A stretch of DNA of 60,023 bases, filler included, from Circinaria calcarea (GCA_051942165.1; 7 parts of 7 records of this genome joined end to end with filler, not necessarily neighbours in it), one strand, 5' to 3'; shown: positions 34,986 to 48,465, counted from the whole stretch's first letter. The notes: a model not told the origin generated them from the letters alone. Made by a program: numbers and translations.

Positions 34986-37794
34986 CGTCGAGAAAGTACC
35001 AGATTTCTCTAGAGCTATGGGGAAACCCTCTTGTCTTAATTTACTCAGGTAAGAGGAAAACCATTGGCCTATGTAAAACCAGTAATTCCTAACCTAGGGG
35101 TTTCTACCTGATATGGGGAGTTATCTAAGCACAACGGCTGCTAAGCTGTATATACTGTCAGCCCGATGCAACTGGCCATTTTCTTAAATGCACCTTGCTT
35201 CCACGTATTTAGGAGTACTGCAGTCATGTCGATTGTATGTTCATCAGACGACAACATGTTTGTGCTATGCATAGAAAGAAAAAGCAATTTTACTCGTTTC
35301 TGAGCCTTAAGTTCCTTCTATACAACTCAAGTAGAGATTATCAATTGATGATATCCAAAGTTGGCAGAACCCCACTGCCTTGGTCATTTCCCAGAAATAA
35401 CGCTTCAAACACAAGGTTGAGACTAAGATGCCTCTCGAGACTCAGTTGGATGAGTCATTGTGGTTTCTTTTTGTCTGCTTACAGAAGTCAGACTACAACT
35501 CGGTAAGCAGTCCACTATGCATTGCTTGTTAGCCTACTTACACTACCAGATCGACTTTTCTGCTGTAGGTGAGGCGGCCAACCTCAATCCTCCTGCAGCG
35601 CGTATGCGTTGAACACGCCTCTGGAAAGCTACCAAGGACGGGTCTCTAATAGGCGTGCGTGGAACGGTAGGGGCGACGGACAGATCCACGCAGTGTGGAA
35701 AGCGGGGCGAAATGTCTACAATCAACGAAAGGACCTCCAAGGTTGATGAGGTTAATGAGAGGGAGTTACAAGAACTCAACGGCCGAATCAAGAAAATCAA
35801 CCAGTAAGAACTCGTAATACAACGAAGGTCAAGGTGTCAATGATTTTAAAAAGCCAAAGCGTAGGAGGATTTCAGAGGACTCCGAAGGTGCGTCACCCTG
35901 GCCTGAAGGTAATGCTTCCAGCGAGACAAGCAACAATCATGAAAGAGATCCCGATCCGAGCAACCGACTCATTGCAGACGGAGATGCTTCGAAGATATCC
36001 CACAGCTGGGCACGCCCCTTACATACTTCAATGTAAAGCTCCCGCAATCTACCGGCTTAGACAGCTCGCCTAAACGGCCCGGCGCGTTATCGGGACAGTT
36101 TACTATGAGATCCTGTTCCCAGGCCCAGAGCTAAAACGGCATCGGTGAGAAAATTGCATCCGGAACTCGGAGGCACTGAGAAGTAAAGGGGGAAATTGCT
36201 CCTGAGTGCCTATTGCACTGCCAAAATCTAACGCCCGATATAATTTAGACATCCAATGGACGTCACTGCTCAATCTCATGTTGATAGCGAAGTTCTTTTC
36301 AGCTTTTAAGCTTGTGGGTTTACCTATCAGCGTTGAGCGGGACGTAAAATGAGCGCAGGGAGAGAATTTATGCTTTCATGGAATACATTCATCAGGCCTT
36401 CTTGCTATAGCCAATACTGGTACACGAATCAAGCTGTCTGCATGGTGAACAAAGCCTACTATGTATAACAAATAATCTCCTATTGAAAGCGGACATTTCT
36501 TCATGGACTTAGGAGCCCAAAACTTTCACCGAAATTCCAAGAGGAAACATGCGCCATGTATGCCTCAATTCGGATACGAACCTAGAAGTCCCAATGATAG
36601 CCCTGGTCTTTCCAATTCTCTCCTTGTCAAAATTCCTTCCACCATCACGTCAGATCTGGGTCTCCATCGTGGCTGGACGCGTCCGGTATTTCCTCCCCCT
36701 TTGCTGAGCTGCGGTGATCGAGGCGGGTGAGCAGAAGTTGTTGCCGAGATGATAACATGGTGCTGGAGGACCGCTCCCATAGGAATTATAACTCGTCGAA
36801 TAATGTGAGATGTTGAACATTTGAAAGTCCCGTCTAAGGACTCGATCTATCGGTGGTAGGAACGGAGCACGCCTCATACTCTGATGTACTTCCATCGGCA
36901 ACGAATTTTGTACATGGCCTCGGATGTATTTGAAGCCTATTTGTGCATACAATCCCTAAATTCACGATGTGAGTTAACCTCTGGGAGTCCAGGCAGTCTT
37001 ACGCAGCTTCTGACCGTCCGCGTGTCAAGCCTAAGGACCTAGGGCTTCCCACTCCCTAGGATGCTTTTCGCCACCTATCGCCCGTGCTCTTACCCATGTC
37101 CTCCGCTAAGCTTATGCTTACTTTACAACATAACACAAGCCGGGGTGGCCTTTTTTAGAAGGATGAAACGTGTTACATCGCTCATGAAGACATGGTGTTT
37201 GAGGTTGTTTGCAGTTAGGTTTTCAAGTATAATGGCATTAGCAACGATTGAAGGGAGTAACAGCTAGGAGTGTCAGCTAGGAGTGTTTGGAAGGAACAAA
37301 GTCCACATGGAACAGGTGCCTTGTGGAACTGGCACAACTCTGCTCCTGGTAAACTCTAAGGAATAGTAGATGGACCAAGGTCATCCCCGTATCGCCAGAG
37401 AAACCCCATTCTAAGGCCTTCCACAACTTCATAGTCAAGATTCGCTCTTACAACCGCGCCCACCATACAGATGTCATGAATGTAGCAAGTTTGAAGCTCA
37501 TACTCAGGCCACCCGACGGGTCGTGACCGCTGAGCCGCCGCAGGGGCAATCAAACTGCGTGATCTCCTGGGAGGATGGACCACAAGGTGGGCTGACGGCT
37601 CGAGAACTACCGCCCTGACAAGGACCGGCAGTGTATAAGAGGAGACTAGAAAACCCACTACTTGCACCTCACAATAATAATCTAACACACTCAAACCTCA
37701 CCGCTCCCACTCTCGCTTTCCACGTACGAACTTCTTTTGCCTCAAGACCTCCCTGCCGACCGTCGCCCATTTCGACTTGTTCGATATTTGCAAA

Positions 37795-37923
37795 ATGCAT
37801 CTCCCCGTGCCTTCCACCTTAACCCTGATGACCAGCACCATTCTCCTGGCCGCCATCGCTGCGCCTGTTCCCTCACCGGTGGCAAGATGTCGTGAAGCCT
37901 ATAATCACTTGCGCCACCTGTAG
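37795..37923 (+). CDS. Putative small secreted peptide (42 aa), or frameshifted small cysteine-rich protein
   Basis: CAAAATG start context, upstream TATAAGA at 37634 and a pyrimidine-rich leader; MHLPVPSTLTLMTSTILLAAIAAPVPSPVA looks like a signal peptide. Confidence 0.35.
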   Translation: MHLPVPSTLTLMTSTILLAAIAAPVPSPVARCREAYNHLRHL

Positions 37924-39109
37924 TCCTAGGGGTTTCTGTCCGGATTTTGCCTCGTATATTTGTCCTTTTGGGGAGTTGAGAAGGTATAGCGGGAGATATA
38001 TGGTAGACTGACTTGAGATAGTAGGACCCAGCGCAATAGGCAAGGTGAAGTGAGAAGTAGTTCTCAAGGTCGGCTCGGAGAAGAGAGTATGATGTGTGGA
38101 TTGAATATGAAGATGTTTCGTGTACAGGTTGTGGAATGCTAGGGGGGAGAACGTGCAAGTTAGGGATGATGGTGGCGAGCTACGGTCCGCAAGTTGTTGA
38201 TCTGGAGGAACTCCCAATTGATAGTTATGCCGCCGCTAGTCTATGGAGTAGACAGCCCAATAACATCCATCAACCATATTCTTCAGCAGAACATGTGAAC
38301 GTTATATATGACAAAACATGTATGAAAGTAATCAACCCCTTTTCAGTACCGCAGCTGACATTTTACCACATTCCTTATCCATGTCTGTCGTCTCAGTTGA
38401 ATGAGATATACTTTTCCCTGATCAAACTCCAATGTACATTGACCTATAGTGCGCAAGAAGATGCTCATCCAACAAGCCAACTGACAACGAGAATACAGAT
38501 ACCTACGACTGTGGAAGGTGTCGTACTATTGTGCTGGGATTTATGTTGTCAAATATCCCATTTTTTGTTACTCAACCTAGTATTAAGCTCATGTTAGAGT
38601 AACAAATATGAAAGATCCGTCAATTAAAGAATCGACTTGTAGAATTTCCTAAATGCTGAGGTACTCACGCTAACCCCGAATGGTTAGTATATATATCGGT
38701 ATTTGATTTGCCGCATGGCTGACGCCCAAGTAAGCCAATGGAGACCGTGTAAGCTGGCAGGTGGGTTAGCATACATTTCCCTTGCTCTGTTCATGGCTGT
38801 GGGAGATGGTGGAATAGTTGGGAGCTGTCCAGCTTCACAGAACCCATCGAGCATCAGCCGCAGTCGATGACTACCTTACTACTATCATCTATCTCCAACA
38901 ATGCAGAGTCATAGGAGCTATAAGGAACCAAACGGTGGTCCAGCGATAGCACCGCGTATCATCACCACCACGGTAACTTCTATGACCACCTTGGGTCCTC
39001 AAGGCTTTCAACCAGAACAGCATCAGCTGAAGGTGACAATAAAGTGATTGTCCCATCACTTAACGACACTCCATCCTATTCAGTCTCAGGTCTGAGCGCC
39101 GCTGGAACG

Positions 39110-40892
39110 ATGGCTAGCGCAAATTCGGCCCAGAGCTTCGAGCTTGGTGATGTAAGCTATGCTTCTCCGAGAAATCAATCGGAGTCACTGCACGAGAACG
39201 AGCCTGTGTACGAGAGCGGTCTGGAAGAGGGAGGGGAACAGGTGTTGGAGGGGGAAACTTCGCGAAGAGACAGTAATATAACGTCGGACAGCTTCATGCT
39301 CTATACCCCGGACGAGGAACACGCTGTTCTCAAGCAATTGGATAAGCGGCTTGTACTCTTTCTGGCGGTGTTATACATGTTGAGCTTCCTAGACAGATCA
39401 AGTTGGTTTTCCTGATGGTCTGACACTACGACAATGATATTGACCGAGGATTTTAGACATCGGAAATGCGAGGATTGCCGGCCTTTCCCAGGATCTCCGA
39501 CTCGATTCTTCGCAGTACGAATGGCTTCTGACCGCTTTCTACATCACTTATATTTTATTCGAGTGGATGACGCTCCTATATCGAGTCTTCCCTCCGCATA
39601 TATATATTGCGCTCTGTGTTGCATCCTGGGGACTCATAGCGTCTTTACAATCTGTTGCCAACTCTTTCCCTAGCTTGTGCCTTTTGCGTGCATTACTTGG
39701 CATTAGTGAGGCTGCATTCGGTCCCGGTGTGCCATTCTACCTATCGTTCTTCTTCAAAAGAGAGGAACTTGCTCTCCGAACGGGCTTGTTCGTTTCGGCT
39801 GCTCCACTTGCCATGTCTTTTGCCAGCAGTCTCGCATGGGTTATCACTAAGGCTGGAAAACGCAGTCCAATTGCCCCTTGGCGTATGCTTTTTTTAGTCG
39901 AAGGCTTCCCAAGCTTAATTGTTGCAGTTTTCGCCTGGTACCAGATACCTGATAGTCCGGGCACGGCGCGATTCTTGAGTCGGCGGCAGAAGAAAGTTGC
40001 GAAATTGAGGCTCAGGAAGGAGAAGGGGGTACACGTTGAGCCGGCGGGGACGAAAAAAGGGTTGAACATGAAGGAGATAATTCAGACCCTCCTTGATCCC
40101 AAGTGTTACATCACAGCTGTAACGTGCTCCTCTATACGTCGCCATTACACATACCTTGCACTAACTCGAGTCAGTAGATGATGTTTTTGAGCTGTAATGT
40201 TGCCTTCTCTAGCCTGCCTGTCTTTTTGCCAACTATCATCAAAGAGTATGGTGTTTACCCCCAAGGTCATTCTATACGAGGGATTTTATGAGACTAATAT
40301 AGTGAATAGTATGGGTTATTCTGCCCTGGCCTCGCAAGCCCTATCAGCCCCGCCCTATCTTGTAGCCTTTCTTGCTGTGCTGCTCACTTCATTCCTATCA
40401 GACCGTTACCGCGATCGGAGTGCGTTTGTTTGCTTCCATGCTATCATAGCCACTGTTGGGTACCTGATAATTGCTATCGCTGGCTGGCAACATGCCAGCT
40501 TCGGCTGGAGATACGCTGGAGTATGCCTGGCCTGCACTGGCTTCTTCTCTGCTGTCACCATCATCATTACTTGGACTATTAATAATCAGGACTCCGACTC
40601 CAAGAAAGGCACCGGAGTCGCTATGCTCAACGTAATCGGACAGCTGGGCCCGCTCATCGGAACAAGACTGTACCCAGATAGCGATGCTCCCTACTTCATC
40701 AAGGGAATGTCCGTGTGTGCCGGCTTCATGTTGGGGGTTTTTGGGTTATCTCTAGGGTTGCGGTTGATCCTGACGCGGAAGAACGGAAGGGCGCCGCTAT
40801 CCTACGTCGCAGTGAACGGGGAGGATAAGGAGGGGCTGGTGGGTGAAAGAGATGCAGGCGAGGAGCAGGGGCAGTTCATGTATATACTTTGA
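39110..40892 (+). CDS. MFS transporter, anion:cation symporter (Dal5/Tna1-like) family, multi-exon
   Basis: LKQLDKRL...LSFLDRS/NIGNARIAGL, LRALLGISEAAFGPG, FFKREELALRTGLF, WRMLFLVEG, APPY, GQLGPLIGTRLYP. Three GT-AG introns; start codon uncertain. Confidence 0.88.
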
Positions 40893-42144
40893 TAGTAGGA
40901 GGAACTACTTCTGTCCGATGCATACTGATCGCACAATATTGCGAGCCCTAGTGCAAAGCCCATGACAGGCGGGATACGGCAGCATTGCCAGCACATTCTT
41001 ATTGTCCTGACCGGCTTGCCTGAACGGGAGAGTAGAATCTCTATGCCTTTACCTGTTGCTCACGCGTACCGAACCATGCACGCTATACTAGTAGGGAGGT
41101 TTTCTAGTTCCCCGCACAAATTAGTATGTAAATGGGCATTTCTTCTCCGCTCATTGGCTAGAACTCGGATTTTATTAGTGCCTGAGTTCCCTGTACCGTG
41201 CACGGTTCGCTACGCGTGAGCAACAGGTAAAGGGATAACTGTGGGCATGGTTGTTGAGGAAAGTGAAACGCAGACGGCCGGCATCGCGCTTCCTGACGGG
41301 CTCGCGTGTGGTGACCGTTGCGCCCCTTTTTGCTACTTTGGTGTACCTAGTGCTCACTTGGCAGATCTGGAGGTTTAAATCCAATGCCATTCTCTGTAGG
41401 GCCCGTTGGTTGTTTCAGAGATGCGATGCAGTGTTCCCATTGGTTCTCCAGAATTCCCGCCTACCTTGGACCCATGCTTGTGCATCCCGTCCTTCAATCT
41501 GGGCTCCCACCGACAGAATTCCGCATGGCCTCTCAGCTGCGGGATTGCTGGAGATGGCGGAACTTGGGGGCATGCTGTAGATACAGATCGAAGGCCGTCC
41601 ATACCCAGTGAGTGCTGCTCACGACAGCCGGGTTGACACCTAACACATCAAAATCATATATGACAGTGACATGTCCGGGGACCCACTTGACCTTGATTCA
41701 CCAGCCGTGGCGGATACAGTCCTTGGCCCACCGTCAGCATGCAAATTGAATGATCCCGCCTGGAGGAGTCTGGGACGCGGGTCTGGCTTGGCCCCTATCA
41801 AAAAACCGGAGCTAGGCAGCTCTCGGCGGCCATTCCTTGTATACTGTCCTGCGTCTGTCCGAAGCGCCTTCATCTCCCTCTCTTTGCCCACGCACGCCCT
41901 GTCCCCTTTGTCGTCCCATCTGCCTCTTTCCTTCACGCATCAGTGCAACACGCTCATTTACCTTTGTTGAATTACCGCACTACTGGTCTTTCATTCTCTC
42001 ATTCCGCCTTCTGTTTCTGTTGTGGGGAGTGAACGCATCTTCGAGCTTCTTGAACAAACCCACCTTTTTGCCTACACACTCGTTAACAATCCCACTCGAC
42101 GTGATACTCTCCAACTGACCGCAGGCCGGCGCAGTTTATACATC

Positions 42145-42869
42145 ATGTACAAATTACTGAGTTCTGCCGTCTTTGCCCTCCTGCTGCTGAATCCGGTATT
42201 CGCAGCTCCCGCCAGACATGAGCGTCATACTCCCCATACTTTCACCGTGGGCCGCGTTGCAGCGGGCCAGAAGGTACGGTGTGGTCCTACAGCTATGAGA
42301 AAAGCATACTCAAAGTGGGGCATTACCGGCTACGAGACATCCACTCTCCCGTTCACAAGGAATCTTCTCGCCGCTCCCGGTACCAATGGGTCCATGACTG
42401 GAAAGGTTACGGCGACACCAGTACAATTCGATGCCTATTATTTATCTCCCGTTATCATTGGGGGACAAACACTTATGATGAACTTTGATACTGGCTCTTC
42501 CGATCTGTATGTTGGAGTGCAAATGCCTCACTGGCTATTGGGTTGTCGCTGATCTTGTTGTCTGGCAGCTGGGTTTTCAACACAGCCCTTCCCGACGAAC
42601 AATCAGCCGGCCATACCGAATTTGATCCTTCGAAATCTTCTACATTCAAGCGTTTAGATGGCCAATCATTCACCATCACTTACGGCGACTCCTCGAATGC
42701 GTCCGGGACCGTCGGTACAGACACTGTCAATATCGGTGGCGCAACTGTCACGTCTCAAGCAGTTGAGCTTGCCACGGCGGTCTCGGAGAGCTTCGCTAGT
42801 GATGTGCAGAGCGATGGTCTTGTGGGGCTTGCATTTAGCAGAATCAACGCTGTAAAGCCAACCAAACAA
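42145..42869 (+). CDS. Secreted pepsin-family (A1) aspartic protease, aspergillopepsin-like, 5' part
   Basis: Signal peptide MYKLLSSAVFALLLLNPVFAAP; catalytic FDTGSSDL/WVF across one intron; flap ITYGDSS; DGLVGLAFS. Truncated by the contig end. Confidence 0.9.
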
Positions 42870-42969
42870 NNNNNNNNNNNNNNNNNNNNNNNNNNNNNNN
42901 NNNNNNNNNNNNNTTAATTAATTAANNNNNNNNNNNNNNNNNNNNNNNNNNNNNNNNNNNNNNNNNNNN
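42870..42969. other. Artificial contig spacer
   Basis: N44-TTAATTAATTAA-N44. Confidence 0.98.
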
Positions 42970-43014
42970 CCTCTCCTCTCCTCTCCTCTCCTCTCCTCTC
43001 CTCTCCTCTCCTCT
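42970..43014. repeat. (CCTCT)9 microsatellite at contig start
   Basis: Directly visible. Confidence 0.95.
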
Positions 43015-43163
43015 GAGGTTCAATTCCTCTAGATCTTTTACTTATGGTCTAAATTATATTAAACTCTAGAGTTAAAACTCTTTAATTTAAAGCTTAAAAA
43101 AAAAAAAAGAACATTATCTCTCTCTTCCTATTTAAAAAAATAAAAAAAAATAATTATTTTTTA

Positions 43164-43943
43164 ATGCAGAAAAGCTTAGATTCAATATTATCCAGTCCTT
43201 TAGATCAATTTGAAGTTCGAAATTTAGTAAGTTTAGATGCTCCTATCTTAGCTAGCTTACATATATCAATAACTAATATAGGATTATATTTAACAATTGG
43301 TTTTTTCATTGTTTTAACTTTAAATCTGTTAGCAACTAATTACAATAAAGTTGTATCCAATAACTGATCTATAAGTCAAGAGTCCGTATATGCTACTATT
43401 CACAGCATAGTTATAAATCAAATAAACGCTAAAAAAGGTCAAATGTATTTTCCTTTTATATATGCCTTGTTTATATTTATTTTAATAAATAACTTAATTG
43501 GTATGGTTCCTTATAGTTTTGCTTCCACATCTCATTTTATCTTAACGTTTTCTATTAGCTTTACGGTAGTTTTAGGTGCAACAATACTAGGTTTCCATAA
43601 ACATGGTTTAGAATTTTTCTCTTTATTTGTACCTGCAGGTTGTCCTCTAGCCTTACTTCCTCTTTTAGTCTTAATTGAATTCATTTCTTACTTAGCCAGA
43701 AATGTAAGTTTAGGACTACGTCTAAGTGCTAATATCTTGAGTGGTCACATGCTTTTAAATATTCTGGCAGGTTTCTGTTATAATATTATGACTTCAGGTT
43801 TTTTCTTTTTCTTCTTAGGTTTAATTCCTTTAGCCTTTATTATAGCTTTTTCTGGCTTAGAATTAGGTATTGCATTCATACAAGCTCAAGTTTTTGTAGT
43901 ATTAACTAGCAGCTATATTAAAGATGCTTTAGACCTACATTAA
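43164..43943 (+). CDS. atp6: Mitochondrial ATP synthase subunit 6 (genetic code 4)
   Basis: SPLDQFE...; TGA at 43365 reads as Trp and joins the two ORF-track pieces; LIEFISYLARNVSLGLRLSANILSGHML, IQAQVFVVLTSSYIKDALDLH. Confidence 0.97.
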
Positions 43944-44106
43944 AGTACAGATATAAATATAACTATATATTTGAATAAGATAAAACCTCTCATTTATCCT
44001 GGGAAAAAAAATAAAATCATTATTTTTGTCTCTTCATATATGGTTGTTGTAGTTATCTACAGAGCCAGGTCTATATCACCCTTGCTCTATAAAAAAACTT
44101 AAATAA

Positions 44107-47100
44107 TCTGTTACTATTATTTTTAAATTATTCTTCTGTAAATCTTTACATACTTCGGCTACTAAATTAGCTGAAAAAGCTAATTCTTTGGATACTAACT
44201 CTACACTCTCGCTTAATAATTTTAATCTCACGGACAAAAAGAGTAAGTTTATTGACTTATATTTTTCTCCGGTTGAGCTTTATAATTTTCAATTATTTGT
44301 TTCTAAATTAGATACTACTATACCCTCTTTATCTAGATTTTCTGTACTTGTTAGAGTTTGCTTCGGTACAGATGCTACATTCAGAATGTTAGGTAAACAA
44401 ATTGGGTTTTTAATTGATGACTCTAGTACTAAAGGAATAATATTTCAAGAATTCTATAATAACGTCTTATTTAGACTAGATAACAGTATGCTTAACTACA
44501 ACTTCAACGGAGATGACATAATCGCTGTTCAACTTCTCTTTTATAAACTAGAGTTTACAGAAAAAATAATCCAAAATGTTAACAATCCCATAACTCTTGG
44601 TTTATTAGGGGATAAGAAGGATTTAGCGAAGGTTACTAAAAATAGTTTTGACTTAGCTTATAAAGAATTAATACCTCTTAGTATGAATATTAAGGATTAT
44701 CCGAAAAAACTTCACATCACAAGCAAAAACGGCTTAATTCAATCTATTTCTATTAAAGATAAGAATATTAACTTCTCTAAACTTATAAACACTCTAAACT
44801 CAATACTAAAAATAGACGACGATATAAAACTTAATGATTCTCTATATATTTAGAGTGATAAACTATCTAAGTATATTATTACTCTAGATAAAACATATCT
44901 AACAGATGGAGAACAAAATAATATCATTGTTTATACTAGTGAGGGTTATAAAGCATTAAATATAACAGATAAATACCTAGACCACACACATTTTACAAGA
45001 TCAATTAGTAACGTAACTAATACAATTAATAATCTAAAAAAAAAAGTCAAATTAGTTACTAATACAAGAGTATCTATGAGATTAGACCCAGTAAGACTTA
45101 AGAAAATACCTTACAAATTTAATAATCTATATTCTAACGATCCCAACATAGGTACTTTGGATTTAGAGACTTCTAAAACAAAAGATATTTCTAAAGTATA
45201 TGTTATAGGTTTTTACACTAGAAGATATGGGGTTAAGACATCTTACATAAATCCTGATACTCTTGACTCAAACAAATTAATTATGGATTGTTTAGATTCT
45301 ATGATGGTTAGTAAATATACAGACTATACATTCTATACACATAATCTTGGTAAGTTTGACATAACTTTCATACTTAAAACCTTAGTAACATTTAGTAGAA
45401 GAAATTCTAATTATAAATTAGAATTTATATCCAGAGATGATTTAATTCTATGTTTAAAAATAAGTAAGAATGTTTCTCTTAAAACTTATACAATCAAAAT
45501 ATTTGATTCCTATAATATATTAAAACATAGTCTAAGTAAACTTTGTGTAACTTATGAAACAGAGGTTACTAAAGATCTTTTCCCATACTCATTTATAACA
45601 GATAAAACACTATTTTATCACGGAATTAAACCATCCATGATTCACTATAATTCAATATATGCAAGTATTTATAATGACATACCAAATGAAGATTGATCAA
45701 CAGAAAAAGAAACAATTAAATCTTTAGAAAAAGATTTAATAAGTTTGTTTAGAGTAGTTAATAAATTTAGTGATCATATTTATTTAAAATATAATGTACA
45801 GGTCTCAGCTTCACTTACTATATCTTCTTTAGATAAGAAAATATTCTTATCTAAAGATTATAAAAATAACATATCTTTAATTAATAAGAGATCTATCTAC
45901 GAGGATTTGATAAATAGTTCTTTGGGTATTACAGAAGTTTACAAACCATATGGTGAAAATTTATTTTATTACGATGTAAACTCACTATACCCATATGCAG
46001 CTTTAAATCAGATGCCAGGTTGTGAATGTGTTTATGATAATGGAATAAATTTACCTGTAAATGAAATGTTAGACATATTTGGTTTCTTTTATTGTCATAT
46101 AAAAACAAATATTTCATATCTAGGACTGTTACCACTAAGAAATAAAAGTGGTATAATTATGCCCAATGGTGAATGATCAGGTTGATATTTCAGTGAAGAA
46201 TTAAAGTTTGCCGTGAAGAATGGATATAAAATAACTATAGTAAAAGGATATCATTTTAATAAGGTTTTAAACCTATTTGATGACTATGTTAAATATTTCT
46301 ATAACATTAAATCTAAGAGTAGTGACAATGTGGAAAAGGCAGTAGCCAAAAGTTTGTTAAATAATTTATTAGGTAGATTTGGATTAAATATTCACAGACC
46401 TCCAACTGACTTAGTAGATGAACATACATAAAATGAATTAATGCAAAGTAAAACTATCAACAATTTTGTAAAAATAGAAGACTTATACTTGGTGTCCTAC
46501 GATAATAGAGTATCTAAGTCAATATGTGATCAAACTAGCGTCGATTACAAAAATACAGTTCTAAACAATTTAAGATCACGTCAGGAGGGTGAAGATAGTT
46601 TTACAGACGTATCAATAGCAATAGCTTCGGCTGTAACAAGTTATGCTCGTATAATAATTACTAAACACAAGCTTGATCTATTAAAGAGGGGTGGTTCTGT
46701 ATACTATAGTGATACTGATAGTTTAGTAATAGATATGCCATTAAAACAAGACTTGATAGGTAAAGATTTAGGACAATTTAAATTAGAGCATGATATTGAT
46801 AGAGCTTATTTTATAACTAGTAAGACATATTGTTTAGTTCTTAAATATGGATCTTTAATAATAAAGGCAAAAGGTGTTAATGATTCAACATTAGACGAGA
46901 GTTCTTTCATGGAGTTATATAAGGGTAATAATATTGACTCAGATAGATTTGAAACTAAAATAAATTTTACTGAGGGTTATGTTAATCTAAATGTATATAA
47001 AGCTATGGTGTTAAATGGTGACGCTTATACTAAAAGGAAAAAGGTAAAAAAAAAAAACAAATGAATAGATACAGTACCTTTAATTATAAATGAAACTTTT

Positions 47101-47166
47101 AAGACAAGTGACAAAGATATAATAGACAAAACTGAGTATAATAAGAAAAATTTATATTCTAAATAA
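44107..47166 (+). pseudogene. dpoB: Linear-plasmid-type protein-primed family B DNA polymerase, two in-frame stops
   Basis: All ORF pieces are in one frame. ExoI TLDLET, ExoII THNLGKFD, PolA YYDVNSLYPYA, WSGWYFSEEL (TGA=Trp), PolB KSLLNNLLGRFG, IASAVTSYAR, PolC YSDTDS, KTY, KAKG. True stops are TAG 44851 and TAA 46429; the YxGG motif is degraded (NSSLGITEVYKP). Confidence 0.9.
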
Positions 47167-48373
47167 CTTGATATCTTTATATATATATTTTAGAGAAAAT
47201 TACTATTTACATTCTATTTATTTAAATATGATAATGAGGATACTGAATTTACTAGTAGTTTTCTGGAAGATATCGAACCAACTGTATTAGAAAATATAGA
47301 GGAAGTAGAAATGCCATAATTTGTGAGATCTAGTAAACCAGCTCCCATAATTGAATCTTCAGACACAAGTATATCTAGTGAAAATGAGTTAGACTTTTTA
47401 GATAAAAAAGTCCAAAACGAAATAATAACACCTAGTGAATTAATAATGATTGAAGCTCAACTAAATAATATGGAGGGCTACATTAGAAATGGTAGCATAA
47501 CTATATTAGAATTAGATTACACAATAATACCAGAAGAATTAGAAAAGATTAAAATATCAATTTGTAATGGTATTATGAACGAATCAATAAAATCTCCTTC
47601 ATCAGAAACATCAGATGATTATGAAAGATTGATTATGGTAATTCGTTCAGGTAATACTGTGACTATACTAACACCAAGTGAAGCTAGTTCTAACTCTCCT
47701 GTTTCAGATGTAAATACTGAAAGTAGAGATGTTGACGTTGATGATAGAATTTCTGAGACTAATAACGAATCATCTTACAAAGGAAAAAGAAAACAAATTG
47801 TTTTTATAACTAAACCTGTTGCGGATGGTGGGCCACCATTACCTTTACCAAATTGAACTATGGCTCCATCTAAACCTAGTAGTGAAGAAGAATTAACAAC
47901 ATTAGAAAAGGACAATATTGTCAGAAAATATTGAGTTAGTAAATATCCATTTAGAGATGAACACTCTAAACAAATTGAATTAGCAAACGATGAGAAAATT
48001 ATAAAAGAGGCTAAGCGTCTTCCAAAAGTCGATAATACTTATGATGATAGTAATGAGTATGAAGGTTTATCTTTATTATTTGATGAACAACATAAAAAAA
48101 ATCCCAGAAAAAGATGAAAAAAACATACTGGATACAGACAAAGACCTATATTTAGATAGGCTGTTTAGTGAAGATAATGAAAGTATTAACACTAAGAAAA
48201 GACCATCCGCGTTAGATATAGACAAAGACAATAAAAATTAAAAAAATCACGACTTTAGTCCTGATGAATATTTTAAAAGACTTAGCCCAGAGATAAAACA
48301 AAATCTAAATGAGTTTATAGAAAAGGAATATAAAGAATCCCGTTCATCTACACAAGATGACAACTCAAATTAA
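47167..48373 (+). pseudogene. Acidic low-complexity reading frame continuing the dpoB frame (broken extension or separate plasmid ORF)
   Basis: ORF 47323 is in the dpoB frame and reads through TGA codons; stops at 47164, 47191, 47317 and apparent frameshifts in poly-A runs near 48095 and 48240; ends TAA 48371-48373. Confidence 0.55.
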
Positions 48374-48455
48374 AAAACCCCAAGAGATAAAATCTCTTGA
48401 GGTAAAAAAATTTTTTTTTCCCCGTTAATCTTAATTGATTATTCGGGGTTTTTTA
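48371..48455. terminator. Back-to-back hairpin/oligo-T terminator-like structures between the convergent plasmid genes
   Basis: Hairpin CAAGAGAT-AAA-ATCTCTTG (48381-48399) with an A-run on its left (T-run on the minus strand); hairpin CCCCG..TAATC/GATTA..CGGGG (48420-48448) followed by TTTTTT on the plus strand. Confidence 0.6.
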
Positions 48456-48465
48456 TATGAAAAAC

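Noticed and set aside
37261..37286. 13-bp direct repeat CAGCTAGGAGTGT x2
   Set aside because: Isolated short duplication with no associated element.
43365..43367. atp6 as a split pseudogene
   Set aside because: The interruption is TGA, which is Trp in the mold mitochondrial code; the gene is intact.
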